In this document: one piece after another, positions 36,039 through 46,470 of the stretch
Numbering within the stretch: the stretch's first letter is position 1
Layout of the letters: every line of letters starts with the position of its first letter
Assembly: GCA_965247115.1 (NCBI GenBank)
Contig: CBDFGR010000001.1
Coordinates: forward strand, 192,001 to 256,000
DNA from: Myxococcota bacterium
GTDB lineage: Bacteria; Myxococcota_A; UBA9160; SZUA-336
Reading direction: 5' to 3'
Length of the DNA: 64,000 nucleotides
Notes under the pieces: model-generated
The model's input: only the letters and a program-made list of their open reading frames with translations
Database searches by the model: none
Told to the model about the DNA's origin: nothing
Translations under genes and position numbers: made by a program

Positions 36039-36928
36039 GGGATCTGGTCGGCCTGCTCGATCTCGGCGCGGCGGCGCAGCTCGTCGAGCGCAGCGCGCAG
36101 CGCCGCATCTCCAGCGCGCCGCACCCACTCGCTGCGAACCTCCGCCTCGACCTCGGCCAGCTCGGGCGTTACACCAGGCTCGCGCCCGAGCGAGTACAGC
36201 AACGTGTAGCCCTGCGCGGAAGACAGGGGATCGCTCACCTCTCCCGGCGCCAGACTCAGCGCGGCTTGCGTCGCGCTGGGACCGAGGTACTCGCGGAGCT
36301 TCACCGGAGAGAGGTACGTCTCCGGCAGCTGCGCGACCTCAGCGTCGCCGAGCTCACTTTTCACGAGCGCGAACGCTTCTCCAGTCCGGAGCCTGCGCAC
36401 GGCATCGCGCGCCCGGGCGAGAGCCTGCTCCGAGGAGCGCCGCGGCTCCGAGCGCACAAGGATCTTACCGATATGCGCACGACCCGGGCGTGCAAAGTAG
36501 TCGACGCGCTCGTGATAGAAGGCCTCGAGCTCCGCATCGCTCGGGTCCGTGTCCGACGCTGTGGCGACGACGGCCTGGATGACCGCAGCAACGAGGCCTG
36601 CGCGGACTCGTGCGTCGTGGCGTGGCAGCTCCAGGTCGAGTGCGTGCTGGACCAGCAGCTCCTCGTCGATCAGTCGATCCAGCACGCGCTGTCGCTCAGC
36701 CCGACTCGGGACGGAACGACTGTCGGCCGCGAGTGCGGCGACTGCGCGTTCGTACTCCGCTGAGCCGATCAGGCTGTCATTCACGCGGGCGACCGCGTGC
36801 GAAGGCAGGCCGGGAGCCGGCGACAGGAGTCCGAGCGCCACCGTGGCGAGCCCCGCTGCCGCACCCAGGCCCAGCAGGAGCCGCGCTCGATGGGCGTGCT
36901 CCGACGGTGTGCTCTCCGTCGTGCTCAT
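36035..36928 (-). CDS. PpiC/parvulin-type peptidyl-prolyl isomerase-like chaperone
   Basis: TM anchor, VARVN, RLIDEELL, GEVSDP...G..L. Confidence 0.8.
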   Translation of the reverse strand: MSTTESTPSEHAHRARLLLGLGAAAGLATVALGLLSPAPGLPSHAVARVNDSLIGSAEYERAVAALAADSRSVPSRAERQRVLDRLIDEELLVQHALDLELPRHDARVRAGLVAAVIQAVVATASDTDPSDAELEAFYHERVDYFARPGRAHIGKILVRSEPRRSSEQALARARDAVRRLRTGEAFALVKSELGDAEVAQLPETYLSPVKLREYLGPSATQAALSLAPGEVSDPLSSAQGYTLLYSLGREPGVTPELAEVEAEVRSEWVRRAGDAALRAALDELRRRAEIEQADQIP

Positions 36929-36964
36929 CTCTTGCGTCCGGCCCCGCCTCCCGGAAGGCCGATC

Positions 36965-37591
36965 TTACACGACGGAGCGCGCGACCGGGCTGCTCCGCCC
37001 CGCAAACCGGAACCAGACCCGGACTCCTAGGAGTGCGGTGAGGATGGTCGCGTAGATGAGCGGCTCCAGGAGGTCCGCCTTGGTGAGCCACAGGTAGTGG
37101 ACGACTCCCGCGACGCCCGCAGCGTAGGCGAGCCGGTGGAGCTGCACCCAGCGCCTCTTCAGCCGTCGTATCCAGCCGCGTGTCGAGGTGATCGCAAGTG
37201 GCAGCAGGCAGAGGAAGCCCGTGAAGCCGGCTGTGATGTAGGGGCGCTCGAGCACGTCTTCGAGCACGATGCTCCAGTCGAAGAACAGGTCGAGTGCCAC
37301 GTACGTGGACAGGTGCATACAGGCGTAGAAGAACGAGAACAGACCCAGCGTCCGCCGCCGCGGTGCCAGAAAGCTCCAGCCCAGCAGGCGCCGCACGGGA
37401 GTGACCGCGAGAGCGGCGAGCAGGAAGCGCAGCGTCCAGTCGCCCGTGGTGTGCGTCAACGTCTCGATGGGGTTCGCACCGAGGCGGCCCGCCAGCCCGT
37501 CAAGCAGGAGGAACGCGGCTGGCGCGACGCCGACGACGATCACCAGGGCTCGGAGGCCGGGCCCACGTAGCCACGTCCGCGAGCCCGCCAC
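36965..37591 (-). CDS. msrQ: Methionine sulfoxide reductase heme-binding subunit
   Basis: LGANPIE...TG.W, RRTLGL, H...Y, LAITS, W..LHRL.Y; GTG start after GAGGA. Confidence 0.92.
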   Translation of the reverse strand: MAGSRTWLRGPGLRALVIVVGVAPAAFLLLDGLAGRLGANPIETLTHTTGDWTLRFLLAALAVTPVRRLLGWSFLAPRRRTLGLFSFFYACMHLSTYVALDLFFDWSIVLEDVLERPYITAGFTGFLCLLPLAITSTRGWIRRLKRRWVQLHRLAYAAGVAGVVHYLWLTKADLLEPLIYATILTALLGVRVWFRFAGRSSPVARSVV

Positions 37592-37599
37592 GATCGTCC

Positions 37600-38577
37600 T
37601 CAGTAGTTCCTGGCGAGGTCCATGCCCGCATACAGGCCGGCGACCGCTTCGGCGTAGCCATTGAAGGGCAGCGTGGGCTGCTTTGGCTCGAAGAAGCCCC
37701 CCCCGATGCGGCGGTGTCGCTTCTGGCTCCAGCGGGGATGGTCGACAGCGGGATTGACGTTCGCGTAGAAGCCGTACTCGCGTGGTGCAGACATGTTCCA
37801 GCTCGTCTTCGGGCGCTTGCGCGTGAGACGGATGCTCACGATCGACTTGATGCTCTTGAAGCCGTACTTCCATGGAACCACGAGGCGTAGCGGGGCGCCG
37901 TTCTGGTTGGGCAGCACGCGCCCGTAGAGACCCACCGCGAGGATGGTCAGTGGGTGCATGGCCTCGTCCAGACGCAGGCCCTCGCGGTAGGGCCAGTCCA
38001 GGACGCGGCGACGCTGCCCGCGCATCTGCGCGGGGTCGTGCAGCGTTCGGAACTCCACGAAGTTCGCGCGGGACGTGGGCTCGAGCCGGCGCAGCACGTC
38101 GCCAAGCGGGATTCCGATCCACGGGATGACCATGGACCAGGCTTCGACGCAACGCAGCCGGTAGACGCGCTCCTGCAGTGCGTGCGGCTTGATCAGGTCT
38201 TCGAACGCGCGTTCGCCTGGCTTCGCCACTTCACCTTCGATCGCGACCGGCCACGGCTCGGTCACCAGGCTGTCTGCGTAGCGGGCAGGGTCTTCCTTGT
38301 CCGTGCCGAACTCGTAGAAGTTGTTGTACGAGACTGCATGGTCAAAGCGGGTGTGGACCTCGTCGGTGCTGAAGGGGCTCGGCTCGAGCGGACCGAGCGG
38401 CGCCAGGTCCTCGGGCTTTGTGACCGCGGCGGCCCGTCGTGGGAGTCCCGCAGTGGCGAGCAACGCGCCCGCTCCCAGTGCGGACTCGCGCAGGAACTCG
38501 CGTCGACGCAGGTAGAGCGCCTCGTCCGTGATTTCACTCGAGGCGATGTCACCAGGGCGACGAATGCGAATGTGCAC
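37600..38577 (-). CDS. msrP: Periplasmic methionine sulfoxide reductase, molybdopterin subunit
   Basis: Tat [49 protein letters not shown]. Confidence 0.97.
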   Translation of the reverse strand: MHIRIRRPGDIASSEITDEALYLRRREFLRESALGAGALLATAGLPRRAAAVTKPEDLAPLGPLEPSPFSTDEVHTRFDHAVSYNNFYEFGTDKEDPARYADSLVTEPWPVAIEGEVAKPGERAFEDLIKPHALQERVYRLRCVEAWSMVIPWIGIPLGDVLRRLEPTSRANFVEFRTLHDPAQMRGQRRRVLDWPYREGLRLDEAMHPLTILAVGLYGRVLPNQNGAPLRLVVPWKYGFKSIKSIVSIRLTRKRPKTSWNMSAPREYGFYANVNPAVDHPRWSQKRHRRIGGGFFEPKQPTLPFNGYAEAVAGLYAGMDLARNY

Positions 38578-38677
38578 GAAGACGGCCTCCTCTCTCGGGC
38601 GCTGTTCTCGGCCCGTTCATCGGATGCCACAGAGAGTCTAGTGTTTCCCTTGCGGGCGCCGCGAACGCAGCCACCTC

Positions 38678-40177
38678 TCAGCCCAGGGTGACCAGGCGGC
38701 CGCAGTTTCGGCCCGCCGCCTTGGCGCGGTAGAGCGCGCGGTCCGCCGCCGCCACCAGGGCGGACGGACTCGCCACCGCCTTCGCGTCGCGACAGGCACA
38801 GGCCCCGATGGAGACCGAACGTCGCACCGACTCGCCCTGCGTCTCGATCGAAGTCGTGTAGATCACTCTCCGCAGCCGCTCCATGCGAGCCTCGAGCTCC
38901 TCGGGGGTAGCCTGCGGGCAGATCACGGCAAACTCCTCTCCGCCGTACCGACACGCCTCCTCGCCAGATTCCGCGCTCTGCAGGATCGCGAAGCCGATCT
39001 CTCTCAGCATCTGGTCGCCGACCTGATGGCCGTGGTCGTCGTTCACACTCTTGAAGTGGTCGAGATCGAGGAGCAAGAGCCCAAGCAGCGTGCCGTTCTT
39101 GCGCGCGCGCTCGAACTCGACGTACAACGTCTCGTCGAAATAGCCGCGGTTCTTCAGACCCGTCAGCGGATCGGAGATCGCCCGCAGCTCGAGGTCGCTG
39201 TTCGTCTTTCCGAGCTCATCCAGCTCGGAGGTCACGCTGCGTACCTGCTCGTTCAGAGCGAGGCTCTCGCGCACCAGGAGCTGGGTCGCCTGCGAGGCGA
39301 TCGCGGCCAGGCTCGCAGGGTCATTGGTCTCGAGGTCGAGCCCAAGCGCTAGGTTCGGGAGACTCTCCTGGATCTCCAGGAGCACCTCGCAGCAGTCCGC
39401 CCGATCGAAGTCCAGGTAGCGGGCCCCCGCGCGTTCGACCCTGGCAGCGCCGGAGACCACGTCCCCGCCGGACAGCAGGTCGCCGCAGATCGCGCAGAAA
39501 TGGAGAAGCTGCGCGAGCCCGAGGTCCGTGGAGTCTTCCGCCTGCTCTGGCTCGATGTGGTTGCGAATCGTGGTGCAGATGCGATTCGGCAGACCCCAGG
39601 CGGCGAGCAGGTCCGCTCCGAGTTCGACGCTGCTGTTCCCGAGCTCTTCTCGCTCGATCTCGTGCAATGCCCTCCCGCTCTCGCGCCAGGTCTCGAGAAT
39701 CGGGCGATAACGATCCGGGAGGCACTCGGCAAGCACCAGCCGGCCAAATCCGCTCAGCATTCCGCTGAGGAAAGCCTCCTCCTTGAGCGTGGGGAATCTC
39801 CTCTCGCTGAGCAGCTGCATGGCGAGGGCCGTCGCGGAGGTACGCGTCCAGAAGTGGCGATAGTCGAAGCCGCAGAGCGACTCGCCTCGACTGATCGACA
39901 GAATCGAGAACGAGAGGGCCAGGAGGTTCACGCTGCGCAGGCCCAGGATCAACACTGCCTGGCGTATGCTCGAGATCTCCCGCGGCAGTCCGAACAGGCT
40001 CGAGTTCGCGGTCTTCAGCAGCTTCGCGACGAGCGCGGGGTCCTGGCTCAGAGCCTCCGCCAGCTCGCGGATGTCGACCTGGTCGTCTCTGTTGAGCTCG
40101 ACGACGCGCAACGCCACGGCCGGTGGGGATGGCAGCTGATCTGCTTTCTCGAGCTCTTGCAGCAGGCTGGGGGGCAT
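38678..40177 (-). CDS. HDOD-GGDEF diguanylate cyclase
   Basis: LPSPP...DPALVAKLLKTANS (HDOD); DPLTGL, DLDHFKSVND..GH..GD, RYGGEEF. Confidence 0.93.
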   Translation of the reverse strand: MPPSLLQELEKADQLPSPPAVALRVVELNRDDQVDIRELAEALSQDPALVAKLLKTANSSLFGLPREISSIRQAVLILGLRSVNLLALSFSILSISRGESLCGFDYRHFWTRTSATALAMQLLSERRFPTLKEEAFLSGMLSGFGRLVLAECLPDRYRPILETWRESGRALHEIEREELGNSSVELGADLLAAWGLPNRICTTIRNHIEPEQAEDSTDLGLAQLLHFCAICGDLLSGGDVVSGAARVERAGARYLDFDRADCCEVLLEIQESLPNLALGLDLETNDPASLAAIASQATQLLVRESLALNEQVRSVTSELDELGKTNSDLELRAISDPLTGLKNRGYFDETLYVEFERARKNGTLLGLLLLDLDHFKSVNDDHGHQVGDQMLREIGFAILQSAESGEEACRYGGEEFAVICPQATPEELEARMERLRRVIYTTSIETQGESVRRSVSIGACACRDAKAVASPSALVAAADRALYRAKAAGRNCGRLVTLG

Positions 40178-40239
40178 TCGCGCTCCGAGGGAGTCCTCTT
40201 AGTCTTCGTCGAGGTCGGGGGCTCTGCTTTAGCGCGACG

Positions 40240-42525
40240 CTAGAGACCGGAAACGGGTGCCACTGGCGCGCCACGGTCGAGCTCTTCACCGGCCGGGGAC
40301 GCGACTGTGCTTGCCGAGGCGCCTTGCAGGGCGCGGATGAGCCCGTCGACGGTCAGTAGCTCTGGTAATACTTCCGGGTCGTCGGGAGCCTCGGGACTGA
40401 AGACCAGGTACATGGGGACGCCGGCCCTGCCGTGCCGCGCGAGCTCCGCTCGGATCTCGGGATCGCGGCGCGTCCAGTCAGCCTTGAACGGGACCACCTG
40501 CAGGCGCTCGAGCTCCGCCAGCACGCGCTCGTCTCTGAGCACGACCCGCTCGTTCAGCTTGCATGTGATGCACCAGTCTGCGGTGAAGTCGACGAACACC
40601 ACGCTCCCGCCGCGTACCGAGGAGGAGACCTCGCCGGGGTCGTAGCTTCGCCAGGCAATTGCGCCCGACTCGGCCCCGCGCTCGTCGCTGGTTGTGCGCG
40701 TGGCGGGGAGAGTGAGGGTGCCGGCAATCGCGATCAGAGCTACGAGAGTGGTTCCGGCTGCGAGCAGCCGCGTGCTGGCGGTGCGCTGCAGCGCACCGAA
40801 GACCCAGGCGGCGAAGCCGACGACCAGCAGGAAGACGAGCAGCGCCACCATGCCATCCGTTCCTGCGAAGCGTCCGGAGAGCCAGAGCATCCAGACAACG
40901 GTCCCGAGCAAGGCAAAGCCCAGGAGCGCGCGCAGGTGGAGCATCCAGCCGCCGGAGCGTGGGATCCAGCGGGCCCAGGCCGGGACCAGGGTGACGAGCA
41001 GGTACGGGGAGGCGAGACCGATCCCGATCGCGAGGAAGATCCCGACGATCACAGGAATCGAGCTCGCGAAGGCCAGGCCGATCGCCGTACCCAGAAACGG
41101 GGCTGAGCAGGGAGTTGCGACGACAACGGCGAGGAGTCCCTCGAAGAAGCTGCGCCGCATCCCCACCGCGCTCGCCTCGAGGCGGTTGAGCGCGCTCGAG
41201 TCTATGAAGATCTCGAAGACACCGAAGAGGTTCAGTGCGAAGAGCAGCAGCACGGTGCTGATCGCAGCGACGAAGAGCGGCTCCTGGAACTGGAATCCCC
41301 AGCCGACCTGCGTCCCCGCGAGTCGCAGACCGACGACGACGCCGGCCAGGCCGAGCATGGTCACGAGTATGCCGCCGGTGTAGGCGAAGCCATGCCCGAT
41401 CACCTCGCGGCGGCTGTGGTGGGCGAGCTGGGTCATCCCCACGACCTTGATGGCGAGGACCGGTAAGACGCAGGGCATGAGATTCAAGATCAGACCGCCC
41501 AGCAGCGCGAGCAGCACGGCCTGCCAGAGTGGCACTCCCGCCGCCTGCGGTGGCTCGAGCCATGGGTTCTGGATCAGTCCCACCTCTGCGCCCTGGGCGG
41601 CGCGCGGAAGCGGGACGTCGATCTCGACCCAGCTGCCGGGAGCGTCTCCGCCCCGAAGTGCTACGACACCCGTGATGCGTTCGGCCGCGTCGGGAGCTTC
41701 CTCGACGGAAGCCGTGAAGCGGACGAGCATGCCCCTCTCGTCGAGAGGATGCCGCGAGCTGCCGAGCACCGCGAGCTCAAGTCCCGGGGTTGCATCGGGC
41801 ACGAACGCCCGCTGGCCGGAGACGGGCCGCAGGGCCACCCCCTCCGGAGCGTTGAGAGCAATCGCGCCTCTGAACGTGTCGCCGGGTCGAACGGCCGTCT
41901 GGGAGTAGAGCGCCTCTACCTGGATGCCAAGCGCTTGGGCGTTGCCCGGGACACGGCCCGCATACTGCTCGAAAAGCGCCTCGATCTCTGGCCGCGCCAC
42001 GACGTCTGCCTCTCGGACCGGCAGGCGCATGCTGAGCTCAGCGTGGCCAGGGACGCACTGGACCTCGCAGGCGAGATAGTCGACCTCAGCCGCGATCTCT
42101 ACCTCGTCGCCGAGATCGCCCGCGAAGCGTGCAGTCGTGAACAGGAGCACCTCGTCGGCATAGCCGTAGGTGGTCAGGAAGCCGTCCGACTCGGCGAAGA
42201 CCTCGGGTGCTGGCCACTGGAGCTCGCCCGTCTCGGCTCCGTCGATGCTCCACTCGACCAGGGTCGCAAGTCCGGATTGACCGGGGTTTCGCCAGTAAAC
42301 GTGCCAGCCCCGATCGAGGCTGAAGAGCAAGCCTACGCGCGCACTTACGCCGGCGTAGACGGCGTCCCGGTCCACCAGCAGGCGTACCTCGACCTTGGCA
42401 TCCCCCGCTCGGATGACTCCCTCTGAGAACGCGGTCTCTGCTACCTGGGGTGCGCCCCACGCGAGGCGGCCGCCGAGGACGACCGCAAGGACCAGCATGG
42501 CTATGAGCGACGCACGGCTTCGCAA
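40240..42525 (-). CDS. DsbD-family protein-disulfide reductase
   Basis: GWHVYWRNPG, ACEVQCVP, LNLMPCVLPV, ATPCSAPF, FTADWCITC. Confidence 0.92.
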   Translation of the reverse strand: MRSRASLIAMLVLAVVLGGRLAWGAPQVAETAFSEGVIRAGDAKVEVRLLVDRDAVYAGVSARVGLLFSLDRGWHVYWRNPGQSGLATLVEWSIDGAETGELQWPAPEVFAESDGFLTTYGYADEVLLFTTARFAGDLGDEVEIAAEVDYLACEVQCVPGHAELSMRLPVREADVVARPEIEALFEQYAGRVPGNAQALGIQVEALYSQTAVRPGDTFRGAIALNAPEGVALRPVSGQRAFVPDATPGLELAVLGSSRHPLDERGMLVRFTASVEEAPDAAERITGVVALRGGDAPGSWVEIDVPLPRAAQGAEVGLIQNPWLEPPQAAGVPLWQAVLLALLGGLILNLMPCVLPVLAIKVVGMTQLAHHSRREVIGHGFAYTGGILVTMLGLAGVVVGLRLAGTQVGWGFQFQEPLFVAAISTVLLLFALNLFGVFEIFIDSSALNRLEASAVGMRRSFFEGLLAVVVATPCSAPFLGTAIGLAFASSIPVIVGIFLAIGIGLASPYLLVTLVPAWARWIPRSGGWMLHLRALLGFALLGTVVWMLWLSGRFAGTDGMVALLVFLLVVGFAAWVFGALQRTASTRLLAAGTTLVALIAIAGTLTLPATRTTSDERGAESGAIAWRSYDPGEVSSSVRGGSVVFVDFTADWCITCKLNERVVLRDERVLAELERLQVVPFKADWTRRDPEIRAELARHGRAGVPMYLVFSPEAPDDPEVLPELLTVDGLIRALQGASASTVASPAGEELDRGAPVAPVSGL

Positions 42526-42664
42526 GGGGGCAACTCCTATCGCCAGGACCTACGGGAGTGGGGTTCGCGCGGTTACTACCCCCCTAATATCGGCTCCGAG
42601 GCCAGATTCTGCCATTCTCGAGCCAGGCCCTGTCCCCGGCTGGCCGTCCCCGCCCCCATCGGCA

Positions 42665-42692
42665 TACAGAAGTCCGCCCTGGCCGCCGATAC
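42665..42692 (+). promoter_or_regulatory. Sigma28-like promoter of M23 peptidase gene
   Basis: TACA-N16-GCCGATAC. Confidence 0.45.
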
Positions 42693-42728
42693 CCCTGGGA
42701 GTCGGTTACTGGCGGAGGTGACCCGGGC

Positions 42729-43736
42729 ATGCGGCGCGCAGCGAGGATTCTGGCGCTCTGCGCTGCTCAGCTCTTGATGCCTCCGGACGCTCCGGCCCAA
42801 GAGCTCGACACGAACTGCATGGGCGAGGTCTGCGTCCAGCCTATCCAGGACGGGAACTCGGTCAGCTTCGACGCAATCAACAGCTCCGCGGCGCCCGTGA
42901 CCGTCACCATCCGTTTCACCTCACTCGCGAACCTGACGCCGTATCCGAGCCTGCCCCCCGTCCACATCGTCCAGCCGCGCGCCTACGCCCGCGTCGCCCA
43001 GTTCGTGGCCGCGAATCCTGCGGCGCGCTGGGCCTTCCGGTACAACTGGTCCTGGGTGATGGGCGATGCGAGCGCTCGCCACAACGACTCCACCCTGTAC
43101 CGGATGCCCTTCGGGGGACACGAACCGCGTCCAGTAACGCAGGGGAACAACGGCCTCTACTCGCACACGGGCGCGCATCGCTACGCCGTCGACTTCGGCA
43201 TGCCCGTCGGTACCCCGATCCTGGCCGCGCGGGGCGGCCTCGTCGTCCGCGTGATGGATGGGTACACCAGGGCCGGGATCAGCGACGAGTTCCTGAGCAA
43301 GGCGAACGCCGTGCTCGTTCTACACGACGACCGAACGATGGCCACCTATGCGCATCTGGACCCCGGCTCCGGCGTACGCGAGGGCATGCATGTGCGCACG
43401 GGGGACGTGGTCGGGTTCAGCGGCAACACGGGCTACTCGACAGGACCGCACCTGCACTTCGAGGTCTGGAAGATCGACTCGAGCGGCGCCCTGGCGACGC
43501 TGCCCGTTCGCTTCTACGATCGGGTCAGAGGAGCCGTGGCGCCGAAGACGCGCTGGTCCTACCAGCCGGGCTGCAATCCCCGCTGGATTCCCTGCCAGCC
43601 CAACGAGCTGCCTGCCGAGCTGAGTCCCGCCAATTCCGGGCACGTGACCCGCAGTGACGATGGGACCTGTCGCTGCCCGAACGGCTCGGTGATCACGACG
43701 CACCTGCCATGTCGGATGGTGTGCCCGCGACGCTGA
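42729..43736 (+). CDS. Secreted M23 family peptidase with Cys-rich tail
   Basis: Signal peptide, SH..AVDF.MPVGTP, YAHL, STGPHLHF; C-terminal CRC...C..VC. Confidence 0.88.
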   Translation: MRRAARILALCAAQLLMPPDAPAQELDTNCMGEVCVQPIQDGNSVSFDAINSSAAPVTVTIRFTSLANLTPYPSLPPVHIVQPRAYARVAQFVAANPAARWAFRYNWSWVMGDASARHNDSTLYRMPFGGHEPRPVTQGNNGLYSHTGAHRYAVDFGMPVGTPILAARGGLVVRVMDGYTRAGISDEFLSKANAVLVLHDDRTMATYAHLDPGSGVREGMHVRTGDVVGFSGNTGYSTGPHLHFEVWKIDSSGALATLPVRFYDRVRGAVAPKTRWSYQPGCNPRWIPCQPNELPAELSPANSGHVTRSDDGTCRCPNGSVITTHLPCRMVCPRR

Positions 43737-43742
43737 CCTCTC

Positions 43743-44141
43743 CTATTCCTCTGGCTCCAGCACGAGCGCCGCCGAGTTCAAGCAGAAACGCTCTCCGGTC
43801 GGGGCCGGCCCGTCTGGAAAGAGGTGCCCGAGGTGGGCGTCGCAGCGTTTGCAGGCGACCTCGACGCGGTGCATGCCGTGGCTCTGATCGGCGCGTGTCT
43901 CGATCGCGTCCGGATCGAGCGGCTGGAAGAAGCTCGGCCAACCCGTGCCCGAGTCGAACTTGGCCTCGGAGCTGAACAGCGGGGTCTGGCAGCAGACACA
44001 GCGGTACGTGCCGGGCTCCTTGGAGTCGTGGTAGATGCCGGTGAACGCCAGCTCCGTGCCCTGCTCCCGCGTGATCGCGTACTGCTGCTCGCTGAGCTGA
44101 CTCCGCCACTCTTCCTCGTTCTTCACGATCTTCTCTGTCAT
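43743..44141 (-). CDS. msrB: Peptide-methionine (R)-S-oxide reductase
   Basis: [33 protein letters not shown]. Confidence 0.97.
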   Translation of the reverse strand: MTEKIVKNEEEWRSQLSEQQYAITREQGTELAFTGIYHDSKEPGTYRCVCCQTPLFSSEAKFDSGTGWPSFFQPLDPDAIETRADQSHGMHRVEVACKRCDAHLGHLFPDGPAPTGERFCLNSAALVLEPEE

Positions 44142-44225
44142 GGCTCCCTTCCTCTTCTGCCCCATCATGCCCGTCCGAGTACCGCCGGACCAGCGCGCTC
44201 GACCTCAGGATCTCTCGTTACGCGG

Positions 44226-44516
44226 TCAGCTCAACCGCGCGCGGACGGCCGGCGGCAGCCAGTGCTGCTCGAGCCAGTCCGTGCGATGGGTCTTGAGTGC
44301 TTCCGCCAGCACATCGATCCGCAAGTCGAGGGGATCGGTCGCCGAGAGCACGACCCATACCTCGCCGCGGACACGACAGGCAGCACTGGCCACACCGAGC
44401 TCGAGCTGGGCGGCGCGCGTCGGCTCGAGCGTACGCACCTCGAGTTCGGTCACCTGTGCGAGCTCGACCAGGGCCTGTAGGAGCTCGGGATTGGTCACGC
44501 GGGGAGAGGGTAGCAA
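44226..44516 (-). CDS. Small hypothetical protein
   Basis: Co-oriented ORF filling the gap between fxsA and msrB. Confidence 0.6.
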   Translation of the reverse strand: MLPSPRVTNPELLQALVELAQVTELEVRTLEPTRAAQLELGVASAACRVRGEVWVVLSATDPLDLRIDVLAEALKTHRTDWLEQHWLPPAVRARLS

Positions 44517-44546
44517 GCGGTGAACAGGCTGGCTCCGCCGTCGCGC

Positions 44547-44990
44547 TCAGGGCTCCCCCCGCGGTGTTCGTTCGCGCTGGAAATCCGCGTCTACGGACTC
44601 CTCGAACCCCTCCACAATGATGCGTTGCTCCAGCAGGGCACGCTCGAAGCGGCGCCGCAGTCCCGCCTTGATCAGACTGCGGAAGCCGGGAACGAGACAC
44701 AGGAACCCGATCACGTCGGTCAGGATGCCGGGCGTGACGAGCAGCGCGCCCGCCACCAGCACGATCACCCCGTCGAGGAGTGAGCTCGCCGGCAGGCCGC
44801 CGCTCGAGAGCTCGCTCTGGAAGCGGCGCAGGACCTGGAGCCCCTGCTGACGTGCGAGCGTTGCGCCCAGCACGCCCGTCACGACGATCAGGCCGATGGT
44901 GGCGGCGGTGCCGATCCGGCTCCCGATCTCGATCAGCAGGGCCAGCTCGAGTGCCGGAACCAGCGTGAAGAGCAGGATCAGTCGAGCCAT
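44547..44990 (-). CDS. fxsA: FxsA family membrane protein
   Basis: P.LELALLI.IG, G..LARQQG, LLVTPG.LTD..G. Confidence 0.9.
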   Translation of the reverse strand: MARLILLFTLVPALELALLIEIGSRIGTAATIGLIVVTGVLGATLARQQGLQVLRRFQSELSSGGLPASSLLDGVIVLVAGALLVTPGILTDVIGFLCLVPGFRSLIKAGLRRRFERALLEQRIIVEGFEESVDADFQRERTPRGEP

Positions 44991-45005
44991 GGGCCACGAG
45001 CTCGC

Positions 45006-46382
45006 TCACGCGAGCAGCGCTGGACACTCCTCTTCGATCGCGGGTCGGAGCTCGTCGAGGGTCTCCGTCAGCGCGGCGGCGGCGTGATCCACCTCGGCTT
45101 CTCCCATGGGTGTCGAGATGCAGTACATGAGCCGTCCCGCTCCGAACACCCCGCGGCGTAGCATGCCCAGGTGCAGGAGCTCCGAAACCCGCCCCGACTC
45201 GATCATGGCCTGTACCGTGTCTCGGGCATTGCGGATGGGCCGGTCGCTCAGGTGGATCAAGGAGAGCGACCCGAGCCCGGTGGCCTGACCGCGGACGCCG
45301 GACTGCCGGAACGCGGTGTTGAAGCCAGCACGCAGCCGCTCGCCGAGCCCGTTGATGCGATCGACATCGTCGGAAGCATAGTGACGGAGCGCGGCGATCC
45401 CGGCCGCCATGGTGAGCGGGTTTCCGCTGAACGTGCCGGCGTGCATGACCGTGTCGCGACGGTCCGGGTTGAACTGCTCCACGAGATCGCGCCGGCCGCC
45501 GAAAGCCCCGATCGGCAGTCCGCCGCCGATGATCTTCCCCATCGCCGTCAGGTCCGGCGCCACACCGCTCCGCTCCTGCAGCCCGCCAAGCGCCACGCGA
45601 AGGGTCACGACCTCGTCGAAGACGAGCATCACCTCGTTCTCGAGCGTGATCTCGCGCAGCGCGGCCAGGTAGCCGGGCTCGGGAGGAACCATTCCCATCC
45701 CGCCCAGCATCGGCTCCAGGATCAGTGCGCAGATCTCGTCGGCCCCTGCCTCGATCTGGCGGCGGGTGATCTCGGGCTCGTTGAACGGCGTCACGATCAC
45801 GTCGGCAAGCGAGCTGTCGGAGAAGCTGCGATCGGGGATCACCGCTGCGGGACTGTCGAGGGGCCCGGACTTGCCAGGGGTCGGGACCAGGCTGATCTCG
45901 CCGAAGTCGTGACTCCCGTGGTATCCCCCCTCCACCTTCATGACCTTGGGCTTGCCGTTCCAGGCCCTGGCGGCTCGGACACACAATGCGGTGGCCTCGG
46001 TGCCGGAGCTACAGAAACGAAGCTCCTCGAGCGAGGGCACGCGCTCGCAGAGCAGCCGCGCCAGCTCGACCTGCGTATCCGTCGGCGCGGCGTACGCCGA
46101 ACCAATGGACATCTGCTCAGCAACGGCGGCGACGGTGGGCGGGTGCGCGTGCCCGTGGATCAGCGACGTGAAGTTGTTCATGAAGTCCAGGTACTCGTGA
46201 CCATCGGCGTCGCTGAGCCGGCAACCCCCGCCTCGCACAATGAACGCGGGGTAGGGGCGGTAGTGGGCGCTGGCGCGTGTGTCTCCGCCGGGCATGACCT
46301 TTCGAGCCCCCTCCATCAGCTTCTCGGAGCTGCGGGTCCAGTCGCGATAGGCCTCGATCAGTCGATCTGCGCTCGCCGCCAT
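45006..46382 (-). CDS. Class III PLP aminotransferase (GSA-aminomutase-like)
   Basis: MPGG, SSGTEA, GGYHG, FDEV, GKIIGGGLPIGAFGG, GTFSGNP. Confidence 0.9.
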   Translation of the reverse strand: MAASADRLIEAYRDWTRSSEKLMEGARKVMPGGDTRASAHYRPYPAFIVRGGGCRLSDADGHEYLDFMNNFTSLIHGHAHPPTVAAVAEQMSIGSAYAAPTDTQVELARLLCERVPSLEELRFCSSGTEATALCVRAARAWNGKPKVMKVEGGYHGSHDFGEISLVPTPGKSGPLDSPAAVIPDRSFSDSSLADVIVTPFNEPEITRRQIEAGADEICALILEPMLGGMGMVPPEPGYLAALREITLENEVMLVFDEVVTLRVALGGLQERSGVAPDLTAMGKIIGGGLPIGAFGGRRDLVEQFNPDRRDTVMHAGTFSGNPLTMAAGIAALRHYASDDVDRINGLGERLRAGFNTAFRQSGVRGQATGLGSLSLIHLSDRPIRNARDTVQAMIESGRVSELLHLGMLRRGVFGAGRLMYCISTPMGEAEVDHAAAALTETLDELRPAIEEECPALLA

Positions 46383-46470
46383 CGACCCAATCTACACCGC
46401 GGGCGAAGCCAAATCCCAGCCCTTGTTGGCCCTGCGCCAAAGTGCGAGCTTCCTCGGTGGAGGAGGCTCC

